DNA of 64,000 nt from Amoebophrya sp. A120 (taxonomy: Eukaryota; Protista; Dinoflagellata): positions 57,488-121,487 of the forward strand of contig CAJINV010000032.1 of the NCBI GenBank assembly GCA_905178155.1. The letters are read 5' to 3'. Below are positions 23,371 through 36,730 of the stretch, in pieces. A model generated the notes under the pieces. It was not told the origin of the DNA and did no database searches. It saw nothing but the letters and a program-made list of their open reading frames with translations. The first letter of the stretch is position 1. The number at the start of each line of letters is the position of its first letter. The position numbers were made by a program, and so were the translations under genes.

Positions 23371-25696
23371 TCTGTCATAGACGGTCGGCGACGCGGGGCT
23401 GCCGCTCCCAGCAGCACATCGGGCCGCCTTTCAGCTGGATGGCCTTGTTGGTCTCGTGCACAGCCTCCTGCGTTGTGGCATTCCATGCCTCGGCTATGTA
23501 TTGCAGCTTGCGGCCACTCTGGGCTCGCCGTCGCGCGAGATGGCCTTGACGTTCGTGTGCGGGTCGGCTCCAGACGCGAGGCTGGGTCTGGGACGAGTGC
23601 TCGTAGCAGCGCTCCATGCTGCAGTATTCGTCCCATGATGTGCCTGTCTCAGCGTTCGTGGTGAGGCGCGTGTTCATCGGTGGCGCATTTCCGCAGCGCG
23701 AACTTCCCGACCGTCTCCGGCGAGATATTGGGTGCACCGCTTTCAGCGGCTCCGGCGTTGCTACCCGTCGACCCCACGCGCAGCTCCCCAGCAGCGTCTA
23801 TTTCGACAGCATATATTTTCCGTCGTGCGCCATGCTTCCAGTATGAGTTCCATCCAGATATTGCACTGCGCTATCGCCCCGCCCGCGAGGCTTACTTCGA
23901 TCACCGGGTCATCGGCTGCGTCAGCGGGACGCGAAACGGCGCGTAGCTAGACCCGTGCCGCGTTTTCGAGGGCCCGCCCGCTCGCACTCAGCTCGTCCAC
24001 CAGTCGCCCCGGAATTCGCGATGGTAGTCGTGGATACCAGGCGAGGGCGCATGGATGCAACGCCTTTTCGTGGATACAGCTTCGCATAGACCTTTTTCGT
24101 GGAGGATTCATTGATATTAGGCCTCTTAATGTGTATTTAGCATGACAAATTCAAATTTAAATTTCACGTCACCCGATCTTGATCGAGTTCTTGCTCCAGT
24201 ATTGCTTCTACTTAGTTTGCATCTGCAATAGTCGTAGTTCTCGATCTTCCCGCGCAAGAACACAGTGTTAGTTTCCACTAGCGCTCAGCATGACAAAAAC
24301 TGTCAAAAGCAAGGAGAGATCTTTTTTCCAATGATACTCTGGTTTTCAGAGGAGGTTTTCCCGATGAATTCTTGCCCTTCTTCACGGTGCAGCTTTTGGC
24401 GGTGGTCGGGGCGGTGCTCGAGCGATCAGAGGGGGCTGCTGTAGTACTCGCAGGAGGACCACCGGTTGTACTACTTTTTGCGGTCGGAGCAGTCACAGGT
24501 GCAGCAGCCGCTGTACCAGTTGCGGCTTTGGGAACGGGATGCATTGCAAAGATGTCTAGGTATGGACGAATGCAGATGTTTTTATTTTGCAGCCTCATAT
24601 TCTTCATCGCCCAAACGCGATGCTGCTGGGGATTCAGCCTGTATTGCACTATGACCACTTAATGCTCAGTCTGTATTGCACTGAGTGCTTGTCTTGCAGT
24701 TGCATTCGGAAAAAGTCTGTACTGCATTATGACCACTGTCGGATAAAAATGCGGCTTGCCCGGTTTGCCATGCGCGAACGGGATGATAAAAAACGCATGC
24801 AAAATCTGTCACGCGCGCCTCGACTTTTTTGCTCTCCTGTTTCATTTTTCCCGAGCTTTTCATGGATATCCCGTTTTTTCATAGATGCAGACTTTTCATG
24901 GGCGCAACGGCTTCACATAGATTTTAGGCATAAAGACCTTTTTCGTGGAGGATTCGTTGATATTAGGCCGCGTTCGTGGCCTCAGAAAACAACTTTCCAC
25001 GCGCTGGATATCCAGCAGCGCGAGCACGCCGAGCTTCTATCGCCATGAAAGGTTCTCCCGTCGCCCCTTAGAATGCAAACGCCGTTTCTCTTGAGCGTCC
25101 CAGGCTGTACCTGTGGCAGTCTTTTTTCGCTGAAGCTTCTCTACAAAGGCGAGCGCCGGCGGGCGCGGAAGGGTTGTGCTCCTCAGTACTGTATTATCAA
25201 GCTACCCAGTACTACTGTACTTCTATTTATTATCAAGCTTTCACAAATCGAGCAAGGCGCATGTAGCTTTTTGCTTCCTCAGGAGCTCGCGCGAACCAAT
25301 TTTTTGTGATACCTGCGCGCCGTCCGCCAGGCATTGGTGTTGAGGAGGTTTTGCATCCTGTGAAAAGATCCAGCAGCCAATCTGTCACGCGGGTTTCAGA
25401 TTACTTTGTGCTCTTCAAATATTTGGCGTTGACCACGAGCGCGCGTTCCTGCGCACTTTCGGGCTGGCGCCCGGAGAAATCTCCCATGCAATCTAGGCCC
25501 CCAAAAAAGGGCTGAGATATGCGCTGATCGCACGGACAAATCTCATATTTTCGCCGGCTTCGCAGAAAACTCATACAAGCAATGGCTGTGCCGCCTACTA
25601 TGTACCTTTGGGGGCAGACCAGTTACAGAAAGCTTGCACATTCCGAAACCCAACACAGAGCTATACTTTATTTTGCAGCTTCTGCTTCATACCCTT

Positions 25697-25907
25697 GGGG
25701 ATAGATGGGGGTAGATGGGGATAGATGGGGATAGATGGGGGTAGATGGGGATAGATGGGGATAGATGGGGATAGATGGGGATAGATGGGGATAGATGGGG
25801 ATAGATGGGGGTAGATGGGGGTAGATGGGGGTAGATGGGGGTAGATGGGGGTAGATGGGGGTAGATGGGGGTAGATGGGGATAGATGGGGGTAGATGGGG
25901 GTAGATG
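25697..25907. repeat. 10-bp microsatellite (GGGG(A/G)TAGAT)n, about 21 copies
   Basis: Read directly. Confidence 0.97.
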
Positions 25908-28900
25908 GCGCACATTCTGAAACCCGGCACAGCGCTACATTTTATTTTGCACCTTCATACTCTTCATCGCCCAAGCTCGATGCTGCTGGGGATTCCGATT
26001 CAGTCTGTATTGCACTATGACCACTTAATGCTCAGTCTGTATTGCACTGAGTGCTTGTCTTGCAGTTGCATTCGGAAAACGTCTGTATTGCATTATGACC
26101 ACTGTCGGATAAAAAACGCGGCTTGCCAGGTTTGCCATGCGCAAACGGGATGATGAAAAACGCATGCAAAATCTGTCACGCGTGCCTCCACTTTTTGCTC
26201 TCCTGCTTCATTTGTCCCGAGCTTTTCATGGATGCTCCGGCTTTTCATAGATGCAGTTTTTTTCATAGGCGCAACAGCTTCGCATAGATTGTAGGCATAG
26301 GGATCCAGGTCGTTCCAGATATTCCGCCCATCTTCGCTCCTCTTGGCTCCAGCCAAGGACCCGGACAACCGCCGCAGTCGTTTTCTGAGGATGGGGCGGG
26401 GGGCTCTCGCTCAAAGTGCCGCTATGGGGGGCTGGCCTGCTCGGGGGGTCTTACTATTCAGCTGGGCCGAAAAAGGCTCAGAACTTGGCGGGGACGCCGG
26501 CTCGGGGGGGGGTTCTTATGCAGCTGGCGTGGCTGAATAAGAACTACTTTACTGCGGTGCTGGATTAAGTTTATATACAAATCACCCAAGCCCCTGCCCC
26601 AGAAAACAACTCTTCGTAGCAATTTACTTCCTCAGGGTCACAGGCACACCAATTTTGTGCGATAAGTACCTGCGCGCCGTCCGCCCGGCATTGGTGTTGA
26701 GGAGGTTCTACATCCTATGAAAAGACCCAGTAGCCAATCTGTCATGCGGGTTTCAGATTACTATTACTTTATTTGGTGCTCTCCAATCAAACATTTGGCA
26801 TTGGCCACGAGGGCCTCTTCCTGCGCACTTTCGGGCGCACGGACAAACTTGTCATGCAAACTAGGCCTCCCACAAAAAAAAAAGGCTCAGAATAATGCTG
26901 TAGTCGCGCGGACATACAAACAAATCTCATATGTTCGGCGGCTGTGCAGAAACCCCATACACACGATGGCTGTGCCGCCTCCAATGTTCTTGTGGAGGCG
27001 GGCCGCTTACAGAAAACTCGCAGATTCTGAAACCCGGCACAGGGCTACATTTTATTTTGCACCTTCATCGCCCAAACGCGAGGCTGATTGGGATTATCCG
27101 AAAGCGCTTCGCCGCCCCTGGCGAAATTTTGGTGATAAGCGAGCACTTTGTCTCGTCCTCGCCACGCGCTGCGTTTGCCAACTCTGTGGGACGTATATTT
27201 ATATAAGCGTTCTAGTAGGGGGGTCCCCATGCGAGTAGTTGGCCGCGACGGATAATACTACTGCCGTGCTGGCTGGGGGGGGTCTTATGCAGCCCTGCTG
27301 GATAAGACCTTTCTTGGGGAATGGGTTAGACAAATGCAGCGCGTGTTTTGATGAGGTAATCGGCAGACGCTATTGAGCAGGTAGACAGTCCGTATGGCCG
27401 GCCGAAGAAGCTGCGTCCGGCTTATCAAGCCGCAGGAAAACCACCCCCTTCCCGACAGTAAAAACACGCTTGGGCTACATGAGTCGCACAACGACAGCAG
27501 TATGGACATAGAGATAAATAAGTGGGATACTGCGTTGCACTACAGATATAGTGAATTGCGACTGCGGTTTTCGCATCGCAAGAGATTTTCTTTCTCGTAC
27601 ATCGAAGGTGGATTTTTGTCCGTGATATGCTCCTCCACAATCGGGATACTTTTTTGTTGGATATATGTGCCATCCACGAGTTCATCGAGCACCCGCGGTC
27701 ATCGAGCAGCCGCAGCTCCACTAGAATGCTTTGCGAAAAAGTAGCCCCATATCAGAAGAAAACATGCCCCATATCAGAAGATATTGCAGTATCATTTTGG
27801 AACGGAAAATGGCCTTCCGATACTGCCCGAAAAACGTCAGCGCATACAAAAATTTGCTCCAACGAGAAGTACAGGCGCTTCCACATCATTTTCTTTTCAA
27901 TACAAATTCACTTTTCATCACGAAATGTTGAGCAGACGGAGTTTATTGTCTTGTGATAGCAGCGGCAGGTGGAGGCGTCTGACACCGTCCCACAGCTCCA
28001 CATCTTCCAGCACGATTGGCGTGCGAGCTTGGCACTTCAGCCCGCCTAGCGAAGTTACCGTTGCGGCCACACTGTTGGTTCCGTCCGTCGCAGCTCTCGA
28101 TGGGCCTGACGTGGCCATGCTCAGCGGCGCACTTGTGATCGTATTCTTTTTTCTCCGGCGGAAGGAGGCTTTGTGTCATGGACGGTCGTGGTCGACACGA
28201 AACTACCGCTCCTTCAGTTGGATGGCCTTGTTGGTCTCGTGCGCGGCGCTACGGATCGCAGCAGCTTTCTGTGTTGCAGTATTCCGTGCCCCGCCGGCCT
28301 ATTGCAGCCTGCGGCCGCTCTGGGGTCGCCGTCGGTCGGCGACACGGGGCTACCGCTCCCAGCAGCACGTCGGGCAGACGCCTTTCAGCTGGATGGCCTT
28401 GTTGCTGGTCTCGTGCGCGGCGCTACGGCTGGCAACAGCTTCCTGTGTTGCTGTATTCCACGCCTCGCTGGCTTCTCAAGCCGCAGGAAAACCACCCCCC
28501 TTCCGACAAGCAGGGCTACATAAAATCCAAAAAGAAATAAGAGTGCGGACCAGCGGGGGCAGGGCAAATATTCAAAAAATTTGTGATACTGAATAGCGAA
28601 CAATGAATTTCGCGCGAAACGAAAAACAGCATGACAAATTCGATTTCCTCTACGATCGGGGTACTTTTCTGTCGGATATAATATGGATGTCTTTGCCAGT
28701 TGTCTGGCCATATGACGGTCGCGGCCGCACTGTCGGCTCCATCCGTCGCAGCTTTCGATGGGCCTGACATGGCCATGCTTAGCGGCGCACTTGTGATAGT
28801 AGTTTTTTTGTTTCTCCGGCGGAAGGCGAGTTTATGTCGTAGACGGTCGGCGACGCGGGGCTACCGTTCCCAGATGCACATCACGCAGACGTCTTTCAGC

Positions 28901-29617
28901 TGGATGGCCTTGTTGGTTTCGTGCACAGCCTCCTGCTGTGTTGCAGCATTTCATGCCTCGGCTATGTATTGCAGCTTGCGGCCGCTCTGAGCTCGCCGTC
29001 GCGCGAGTTGCATTACTTCCCGCAGCCAGCACCTTTTAGCATAGTGGCCTTGCTGGTCTCGCGCGGGTCGAATAGGTCTCGCATTATGTGTGCGAGAATA
29101 GGTCTCGCATCAGCCTCCGCTCCATCGATCCCTACTGAGAGGTCGGCGTCACGGGAAGTGCGTTTTATATTTTTTAGCACCTTTGCCCGGGATCATGGCC
29201 TGCGGGGTCGCGCGCGACTCGGGTCCAGACGCGCGGAAGGATAGTTTGGCTCGCAGTAGCGCTCCACACTGCAGCACTACTCCATATCGCGCTCGTTGCA
29301 GTGTGCGTGCTGAGAGGTGCTTCGTCATCGGTAGCACTTTTTCTGACACGCTTCTCCGAATTGGCCTCCTAGGTCACGCGCGGGTCGGCTCCACGCGCGA
29401 GGCTAGTAGCGCTCGCAGCACCGCGCCATATACAGCGCCGCCGTCGTTTTTGCGGGCAAACACCGGCGCGATATCGGCCACGAGCGTGATCTCGAGCTTG
29501 CTTTCCGCGGACGATGATGGGCCACTCCTGTGGCAGATTCTGTATCCTCCGGCAGCGTCAGCGGGACGCGAGGATGAAACGGCGTGTAGATAGACCTCCG
29601 CATGGTAGTTGTACACG

Positions 29618-29690
<73 letters not shown>
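29618..29690. repeat. (GAT)n microsatellite, about 24 copies
   Basis: Read directly. Confidence 0.97.
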
Positions 29691-29691
<1 letters not shown>

Positions 29692-30269
29692 TTACCCAGT
29701 ACCGTCAGATTTTTTCCGTCGAGCAGCATTTCCGCCTAGTTTGTCGCCGTTCTGCACCAAGTACTCATTCGTAGCAGTAGCTCCTGAGTTTTCCAGGGCC
29801 TGATTGTCTCCACTGTAGCCACGTTGAGGCGCAGTTTGTGCCACGCTTTCCATCTAAACGGGCGGAACCCGCGACACACATGTCTGCGGCCGAGTAGTTT
29901 TTGGCGGGTAGTTGTGTGGAAGAATTGGTCGTGGCGGATGAAAGGGAAGCTTTTTCGTGATTGATGGCGCAGAAGTGTGCGTTTATAATTTTAGGAGCCG
30001 AACATAATTCACACCTCACGCCTGCTCTAGCGGTGCTCAAATTTTGAACGACCTTTGACGCGCGAGCCCATACGGCGAGGCGGTATTCTTTCATGCAAGC
30101 AGAGTTGACGAGATGTAGATTTGGCGCATTAGACTTTCGAGCAGCAGCACTCTTGAAACGATATATCAAACCTAGCTCCAGAATAAACATATATAACGGT
30201 CTTGTAACCGATTATCTGGCTAAATTTTGTTTTCATTGGTAGCACCTTTGCCCGGGATGGCCTCCGTGG

Positions 30270-30977
30270 TCACGCGCGGCCTCCGCTCCATACTGCAGCA
30301 CTTTTCCATTTTGCGTCCATGGCAGCGTCCGCACTGAGAGGCGCTTTTTCATCTTCGGAAGCACCTTTTTGCAGCGCGGGTCCCCCGACCGTTTCCGCCG
30401 AGGTCGGAATAGCGGCATTACCACTTGCAGCAGCTCCGGTGGTTCTGCCCGTCGGCTCCGCATGCTCTGGCATGCTCCCAGCAGCGTCGTCTTCGGCAGC
30501 TGTCAGTGCGTCAGCATACTTCCATTTCAGGGGCCTCCCAGATATTACGTCGGTATCTCGCTCACCGAGGTTCACTTCGATGACCGGGTCCAGTGCGACG
30601 TCCGCGCGCAGAGGCAGCTTGTGCTGGTCTATTCGCTCCGTGACCACTTTGTGTGGCAGGTACACATCGACGATGCGCGGCTTGGTTCTACCACTTCTGT
30701 GAAGCAGTACATGCCGGTAGATGCCGCCCCCGTCGTGCCACAAGCTCCCTTCGCCGACGTCGTTTTTGTGGGCAAACGACGGCGCGCTATCGACCGCGAC
30801 CGTGATCTCGAACTTACTGCTGTCCGCGGACGACGATGAGCCACGACTCCTGTGGATTTTTCTATTCGCAGCTGTATCTTCCGGCAGCGTCAGCGGGACG
30901 CGAAACGGCGTGTAGGCAGACCAGTGCCGCACTTGTGATAGTAGTTTTTTCCTCCGGCGGCTGCCGCACTGGTACAC
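30270..30977 (-). pseudogene. Second GH2 N-terminal fragment, near-identical to 22700-23280
   Basis: YTPFRVPL...EITVAVD...LWHDGGGIYRHVLL. Confidence 0.6.
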
Positions 30978-32236
30978 TTCTTTTGGCCGGCTGATCCCCT
31001 TTCGCCGTCGTCGTTTTTGTGGGCAAACGCCGGCGTGATATCGGCCGCGGCCGTGAGCTCGAGCTTCCTGTCCGCGGACAGTGATGGGCCACTCCTGTGG
31101 ATTCCATTAGCAGCTGTACTTATCCGGCAGCGTCAGCGGGACGCGAGGATGAAACGGCGCGGAGGCAGACCTCCGATTCCAGATATGGTAGTTGTACACG
31201 GCAGATTTTTTACGTCGAGCAGCATTTCCGCCAATTTCGTCGCCGTTCGGGACCAAGTCCTCCTTCGTAGCGGCAGCTTGCCTTTCCAGGCCCAGATTTT
31301 TCTCCGCTGTACTTAGCCACGTTGAGGTGCTGCAGTTTGTACCACGCTTTTCATCGGGGCGGACGGAACCCGTGACACACGTCTGCGGCGGTGTAGTCTT
31401 TGGCGGGTGTGTCCACGTCGTAGTTGTGTGGAAGGGTTGGCAGTGGCGGATGAAGAGAAAGTTATTCAATGATTGATGGTCGACAAGTCTACGTTTCTAA
31501 TTTTAGGAACCGAACATAATGACAACTCAGGCCTGCTCTAGCAGTGCTCAAATCTTGGACGACCTTTGACGCGCAAGCCCAGACGGCGAGGCGCAATTGT
31601 CTCATGCAAGCACAGCTGCCATCAAGCTGCAAATCTAAATTTTGTTTCACATTGTGAACTTTCGAGCAGCACTTCTCTCGAAACGCAATATCAAACCTAG
31701 CTCCAGATAAATTACATATCAGTCGGCGCACCACCTTCACCGATCGCCACGCAGTGGCATTGTGGCGTCGAAGGTAGCCTCGGGGTGGTTTGCGTGGACC
31801 TGCTACGCGCACACGTTGCAGTGAGGGAACACAGTGGCAGTCCTGTAGATGAAGCCACAGCGCTGTAGACATTCTGCGATGGATGCAGGGCACTCTCCCC
31901 TTGCGGCGACTGACGTCTCTCTGCCTGCATGTCCATGAAGTACGGGGGTAGTCCGTCACCCCGCCCTCGTGGACCATCCACCCGCCGCTCATCATCACTG
32001 CGCTCCACCGCCTTTCCTGGCGCATCACTCCATCCGCCGCCCCCATCATGACCTGGTCGACCACGGAAGTTCTCCACTGCAGCGGCAGTTAGACCGATAC
32101 ACTTACCGATACCTTTACCGACATTCTCATTTGTTCCTGCGGCAGTTGGACCTCTTCCAGACGCAGACACTGTTGCAGTTGATAAACGGGACGTCGCCTG
32201 TAAGACCTTGTTCTTAGTGGAGGCGGTGAGGGAGAC

Positions 32237-32493
32237 TATGCATTGCAAATATGTCTGGGTCTGGAAGAATACAACTTGTCACGCTAACTCTCGATCACAA
32301 AATCTGTATTGTATGAGCGCCAAAAGTTGCCCAGTTCTTGCTAGGAAAAAAGCGGATTTCTCATGCGGAGCGGCATGAGGAAGGTCTCGCAAAATCTGTA
32401 ATGCTTTTGTGTCCATACCAGACCATTTGTGTGGTCCGCGAGATGCATCACAAATCTCCAATCTTCCAGACCCAGACATATTTGCATTTGATA
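32237..32493. mobile_element. Introner/MITE, family A; absent from the paralogous site at 17787-17791
   Basis: GAGAC[TATGCATTGC...GCATTTGATA]GAGAC versus a single GAGAC in the paralog. Confidence 0.95.
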
Positions 32494-34779
32494 GAGACTC
32501 TCGGCCGAAATGGAATTCCGAGCTCGGCACTGGCGGTCGGGGAACTTCATGTTTCTTGACGGACGGCATGGTGAAACAAGACGAAGGTGTGGTTGTCCTT
32601 GGAAACCTGATTTGATGATTTTTCGGAGGAGAAAATTATGTGTAGAGTCGGGGCATACTAGTGCTTGTATAGAACTGGCGATGATCAAATTTAGAACCGG
32701 AAAAAAAAATTCTGCATGACAGATCGTGACTGTTACACGGAAAAGCAATCGATTTTACCAGCACAACGTTGCGGGGCCTTCGTATCAGACTCATCACACC
32801 GGTGTCGAAGAGCTAAGGTCGGGGACTGTGTCAGAGTTGGTCACGGGGACAGAGAGACGCGACACGCTGTGCAAGACGTTCTTCGAAGACACATAATTCT
32901 GCACCATGATTTGCATCTCGTTCTCGTCCCTGCCGATGGTGGTGACATATGCTACAGAAAAGTACACCCATACCATACCACAACATGATTTGTCGACATG
33001 CAACTGTTTTTTCGCATTAGAAAGAAGCCCCTTCGACAAGACGGATTTCATGCCAGTAGCGCATTACAAGTTCCTTGTACACTTCGCGCATTAGAAATCA
33101 CCGCTTCGCATACTGCAAGAACACATAATACAGAGCTCAGTTATGCGACCGCATTTATTATTGTCATTTCTATTGGTATGATCGCTGTAGCTGTAATTTT
33201 CACGTTGATATGCCCCGCTTCCTTTTTGTCTTCGGTTTCTCGTACCTGTTTTTGAATTAGGTCATTGTCAGAAAACGAGGATGTGGTGATATACCACCTT
33301 GAGGGACTGTTTTCCAATTTTTTGTCTAGGAAGAGAAGACTAGGTGTAGTAGTAACCCGAAAATGAATTGAAGCAGAACTACCGATGATCAAATTATCAA
33401 ATTTATACGGTACACAAAAAGAAAAGCTCTGGTGGATGTGACACAGAACGAGCGCAATCATCTTCAGTAACCTGTACCTTCCGGAGTCTTTGCATCAGGC
33501 TGGTCAGACCGGTGTTGGAGAGCTGGCCACGGCGACAGTGTCGGAGGTGGTCACGGCGGGCGATATGCAACCTGCGCAGGCCGCGCAAGCCGCGCAGAAC
33601 AAAACTTCATTTTTTGTTATTTTGCTGCGCAGAGTATCCTTTTTATCTCTTCCCTACGGTGTTTGGTTTGGATTCGGAAGTCGAGCAAGGCAGAAAACGC
33701 AATACAAATCCTTGCGAAGCACAAAGACGACGACGAAACAAATCATGGATCCAGTACGAAACACGTTAACACCAAACACCGTATGACGAATAAAGCTAAG
33801 AACATCGAGCTTTTGAATGGTAGAATGAGTTTGTAAATCTAGATCTCGCTTTGACAACAGATACTCACAACAGATTTTTTGGTCTTCTGTAACGGTCTTG
33901 TGACCGATTATCTAAATTTTGATCTTGCCGCGCGCACGGTCGCATTTCATCTTTGTCTACAGTTTCCCTTCGTCCTTGCTCTCTTTCCACCGCATCCGAA
34001 GAACACTGATGCGGGGGCTCTCTCTAATGGGAGCTGCCGATACAACAACAGCTCTTACTACTGCACGGCGGCAGCACACTTTTTCACCTGCCTGCCAAAA
34101 CGACAAATAATCACTACGCAGATCGCTTTTGTTTCGATTTTTGATTTTATCTTTCCGGCAGCCGTACGTAAGTATGTTTTTACACTACGAAGTGTTCATG
34201 TCTTCACATTGAAGCTGCTTTCTGAATGGTCTAAATCTGCCTGTTGCGCTCGATCCTCCTACTCGCTATCCTAGGATGATACACGGAGTGAAACTCGACA
34301 TAAACAGCTTTCCTTCGACTGTGAAGTCCGGCTTTCTGTGAGGTCTACACATGCTTTATGAGATTGGTGTTCAAGACTATATAGATCGAAGCGCAAGTTC
34401 AATTTTGCAAGTCGTCCAACAACACGGGCACGTCAGTCACAGCATCTTCAGGTCCAATACGATGTCAGCAGAAGGTCTCTTCAGCTGCCGTCCTATCCAT
34501 GTCCAGTAAGTACCTTGACAATTTTGATTTCGGATTCATCCAGATTTGTGTTATTCTTTCAGTCTCAGAAAATCAAGAATCATTTCAATTTTTTCACATC
34601 TCCACGATGAAACGTCTAGCACGGCAGAAGAGAAGTACTACGGGATCAGTAGAACTACGGAAGCATCATCAATCGTTCCATCACTTTCTCCATAGAATCT
34701 CTTCAGGCTGCATCACAGACGTGAAAAAATCCTGATACTAAAAGATTTTGATCGTAGGATGAGCATCAAACATTTCAAA

Positions 34780-36730
34780 ATATGGAATTACCTCGCTGCA
34801 GACACGTCTTCCCCAGCAGTCTCACCGTGCACAACGGGGTCCACGGAAGTCTTGCACTACGCCCCATCATCACGGCCGGCGCAAAAAGGTTGGGCATACC
34901 GAAGTCCTTCAACCGCGTGTGTATCGTGACAGTGTGGTGAATGTTGAATCTTGTCGTCGAACACGAAGGTCTGTCCTGCGGGCCAGGATTACATCCTTGG
35001 TTGTCTGCAACTAGCACGAGGTCTTCTTGCCTTGTTGAACCCCTACCTCGTCTTCCTACCATGTCGGCGGCACCATGGTCCGTGAAACGGTGTGCGTATC
35101 TTTCTCAGCTGCGCATCAATACCTGATTTAGATTGTCAAATTGAGATTCCAGATTGAGATTGTCAGATCGAGATTCCAGATCACCTTTTCAAACTTTGAT
35201 TTTCGTACCAACTGCCTACTTAAGCCTCTGATGCCGCTGTACAACCATCTTGTTTCAATACCGATTTGTGACTCTGATCGTCAGAAAAATGAATTCGAAT
35301 ATATGTTTTCACTTTCCGTTTCAATCCGATGAGATTAATTCGAAAACACACCATCCTTCTTCATCAAAATCGATTTCATACCTGATTCGCATCACTGATT
35401 CCGGATACAGGACTACTTTCCACTCTCCCCAACGAGCCTGCGCACACGATGTTGGTCACACCGCAGCACTTGAATCTTGTCCGCATCGGGGCATCGTTGG
35501 GAATCTTTTTACTTGTTGTCGAACATGGACGTCTTTCTTGCGGGCCGACAAAACACCCTTGTCCGCAACTGTCTGACAGGAGGTTTTCCTTTCTCGGCCT
35601 TGTTGATGCCCATTTCGCATGACTGTTTACCATGTCGTTGGCACCGTTGTAGTCCGTAAAACCGTTTGCGTATGTTTCTGCGCTGCCGAATTATACCTGA
35701 TTGAGATTGTCGGATCGAGATTTCAAATCGTCTTGATATGTTGATTTTATGCAACAAATTCATTCCTTTAAGATTGTTGTAATCAATGATTTTGTTTCCA
35801 TGTCTAAGGATTTGTGATCCTGATCGTCTGCGACTGCGGAGTTCTTCAAACATACTTTCATTTTCCGTTTCAACTCCACTTCCTTTCCAAAATCAATCTG
35901 ATACCTGATTCGCATCACTGCTTCCGGCTGCGGGCATCTTTTCTTGATTCTGCCTACGTGACGTTGGTCATACCGATGTCCTTTGCCCATGGTCCTGCGA
36001 TCGAGGAGTCGTCGTCTGTCGTAAACCTGGCTCTCGATCGCGGAGTCCTCGTAGTCGACAACGAAGTTTGCTCTTGCGGACCAAGACGAAAACACCCTCG
36101 TACACCTGCTTGCTATACCTTGCCTGGGCTTGTTGGACGCGAACTTGGCTTCAAGTTGTTGTACCTGATAGTGCATTGTCAATTCGGATTTTCAGTTCAC
36201 TTTTTAAAATCGAAATTCCAAATTTCCCGGGTTGTTCTGCAACCGCTGGAAAATGATCTGCAATGAGGATTGTATCACAATAAATGATTCGACGATACTT
36301 TCATTTTTTGTTTCAATACGCTGTGAGGTGAATCCTGCAGAAATCCTCTTCCAGAAGTATATCCGTACCTGATTCAAATCGCCAATCTGGATGTAGTCGT
36401 AGGCTGCACAGCGGCGCGTGAGAAAGTTCTTGTACACCATGACAGAATGCGCCTTTTTTCCAGCTTCTATCGTCCGTGCCTGAAGTACGCGATGTTGTCC
36501 ATGCAGGTGTCCTTCTCCGGCACGTCAACCGGGACGCTCTTTTCAGCTTTTCCCGCGCACTGCAACACAAAATACTCACTTGCAGTCCACCGTGCTAGCG
36601 TCCTGTGCGACAATGTCCATTTCTTCCTCGGCCTTCATCCACTAGAGTCCATCTCGCGATACTTCTGGTGCACCCCGTCGCCCAAGAAAAAACATCCGTT
36701 GAAGAATTTCTGTTGATGGGTACCTGATTG
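34780..36730 (-). pseudogene. Decayed internally repeated gene with short canonical GT-AG introns
   Basis: Candidate introns 35123-35208, 35274-35381 and 35820-35904 read GTA...ATCAG on the minus strand; ~550-600-bp homologous units; in-frame stops. Confidence 0.5.

Noticed and set aside
25661-25930. Pro-rich or telomeric repeat ORF
   Set aside because: Translation of a 10-bp microsatellite; not TTTAGGG and internal in position.
34780-36730. Stop-codon reassignment, as known in one Amoebophrya lineage
   Set aside because: The intact genes splice to long stop-free frames ending in TAA/TGA; this region also has frameshifts, so decay is the simpler explanation.
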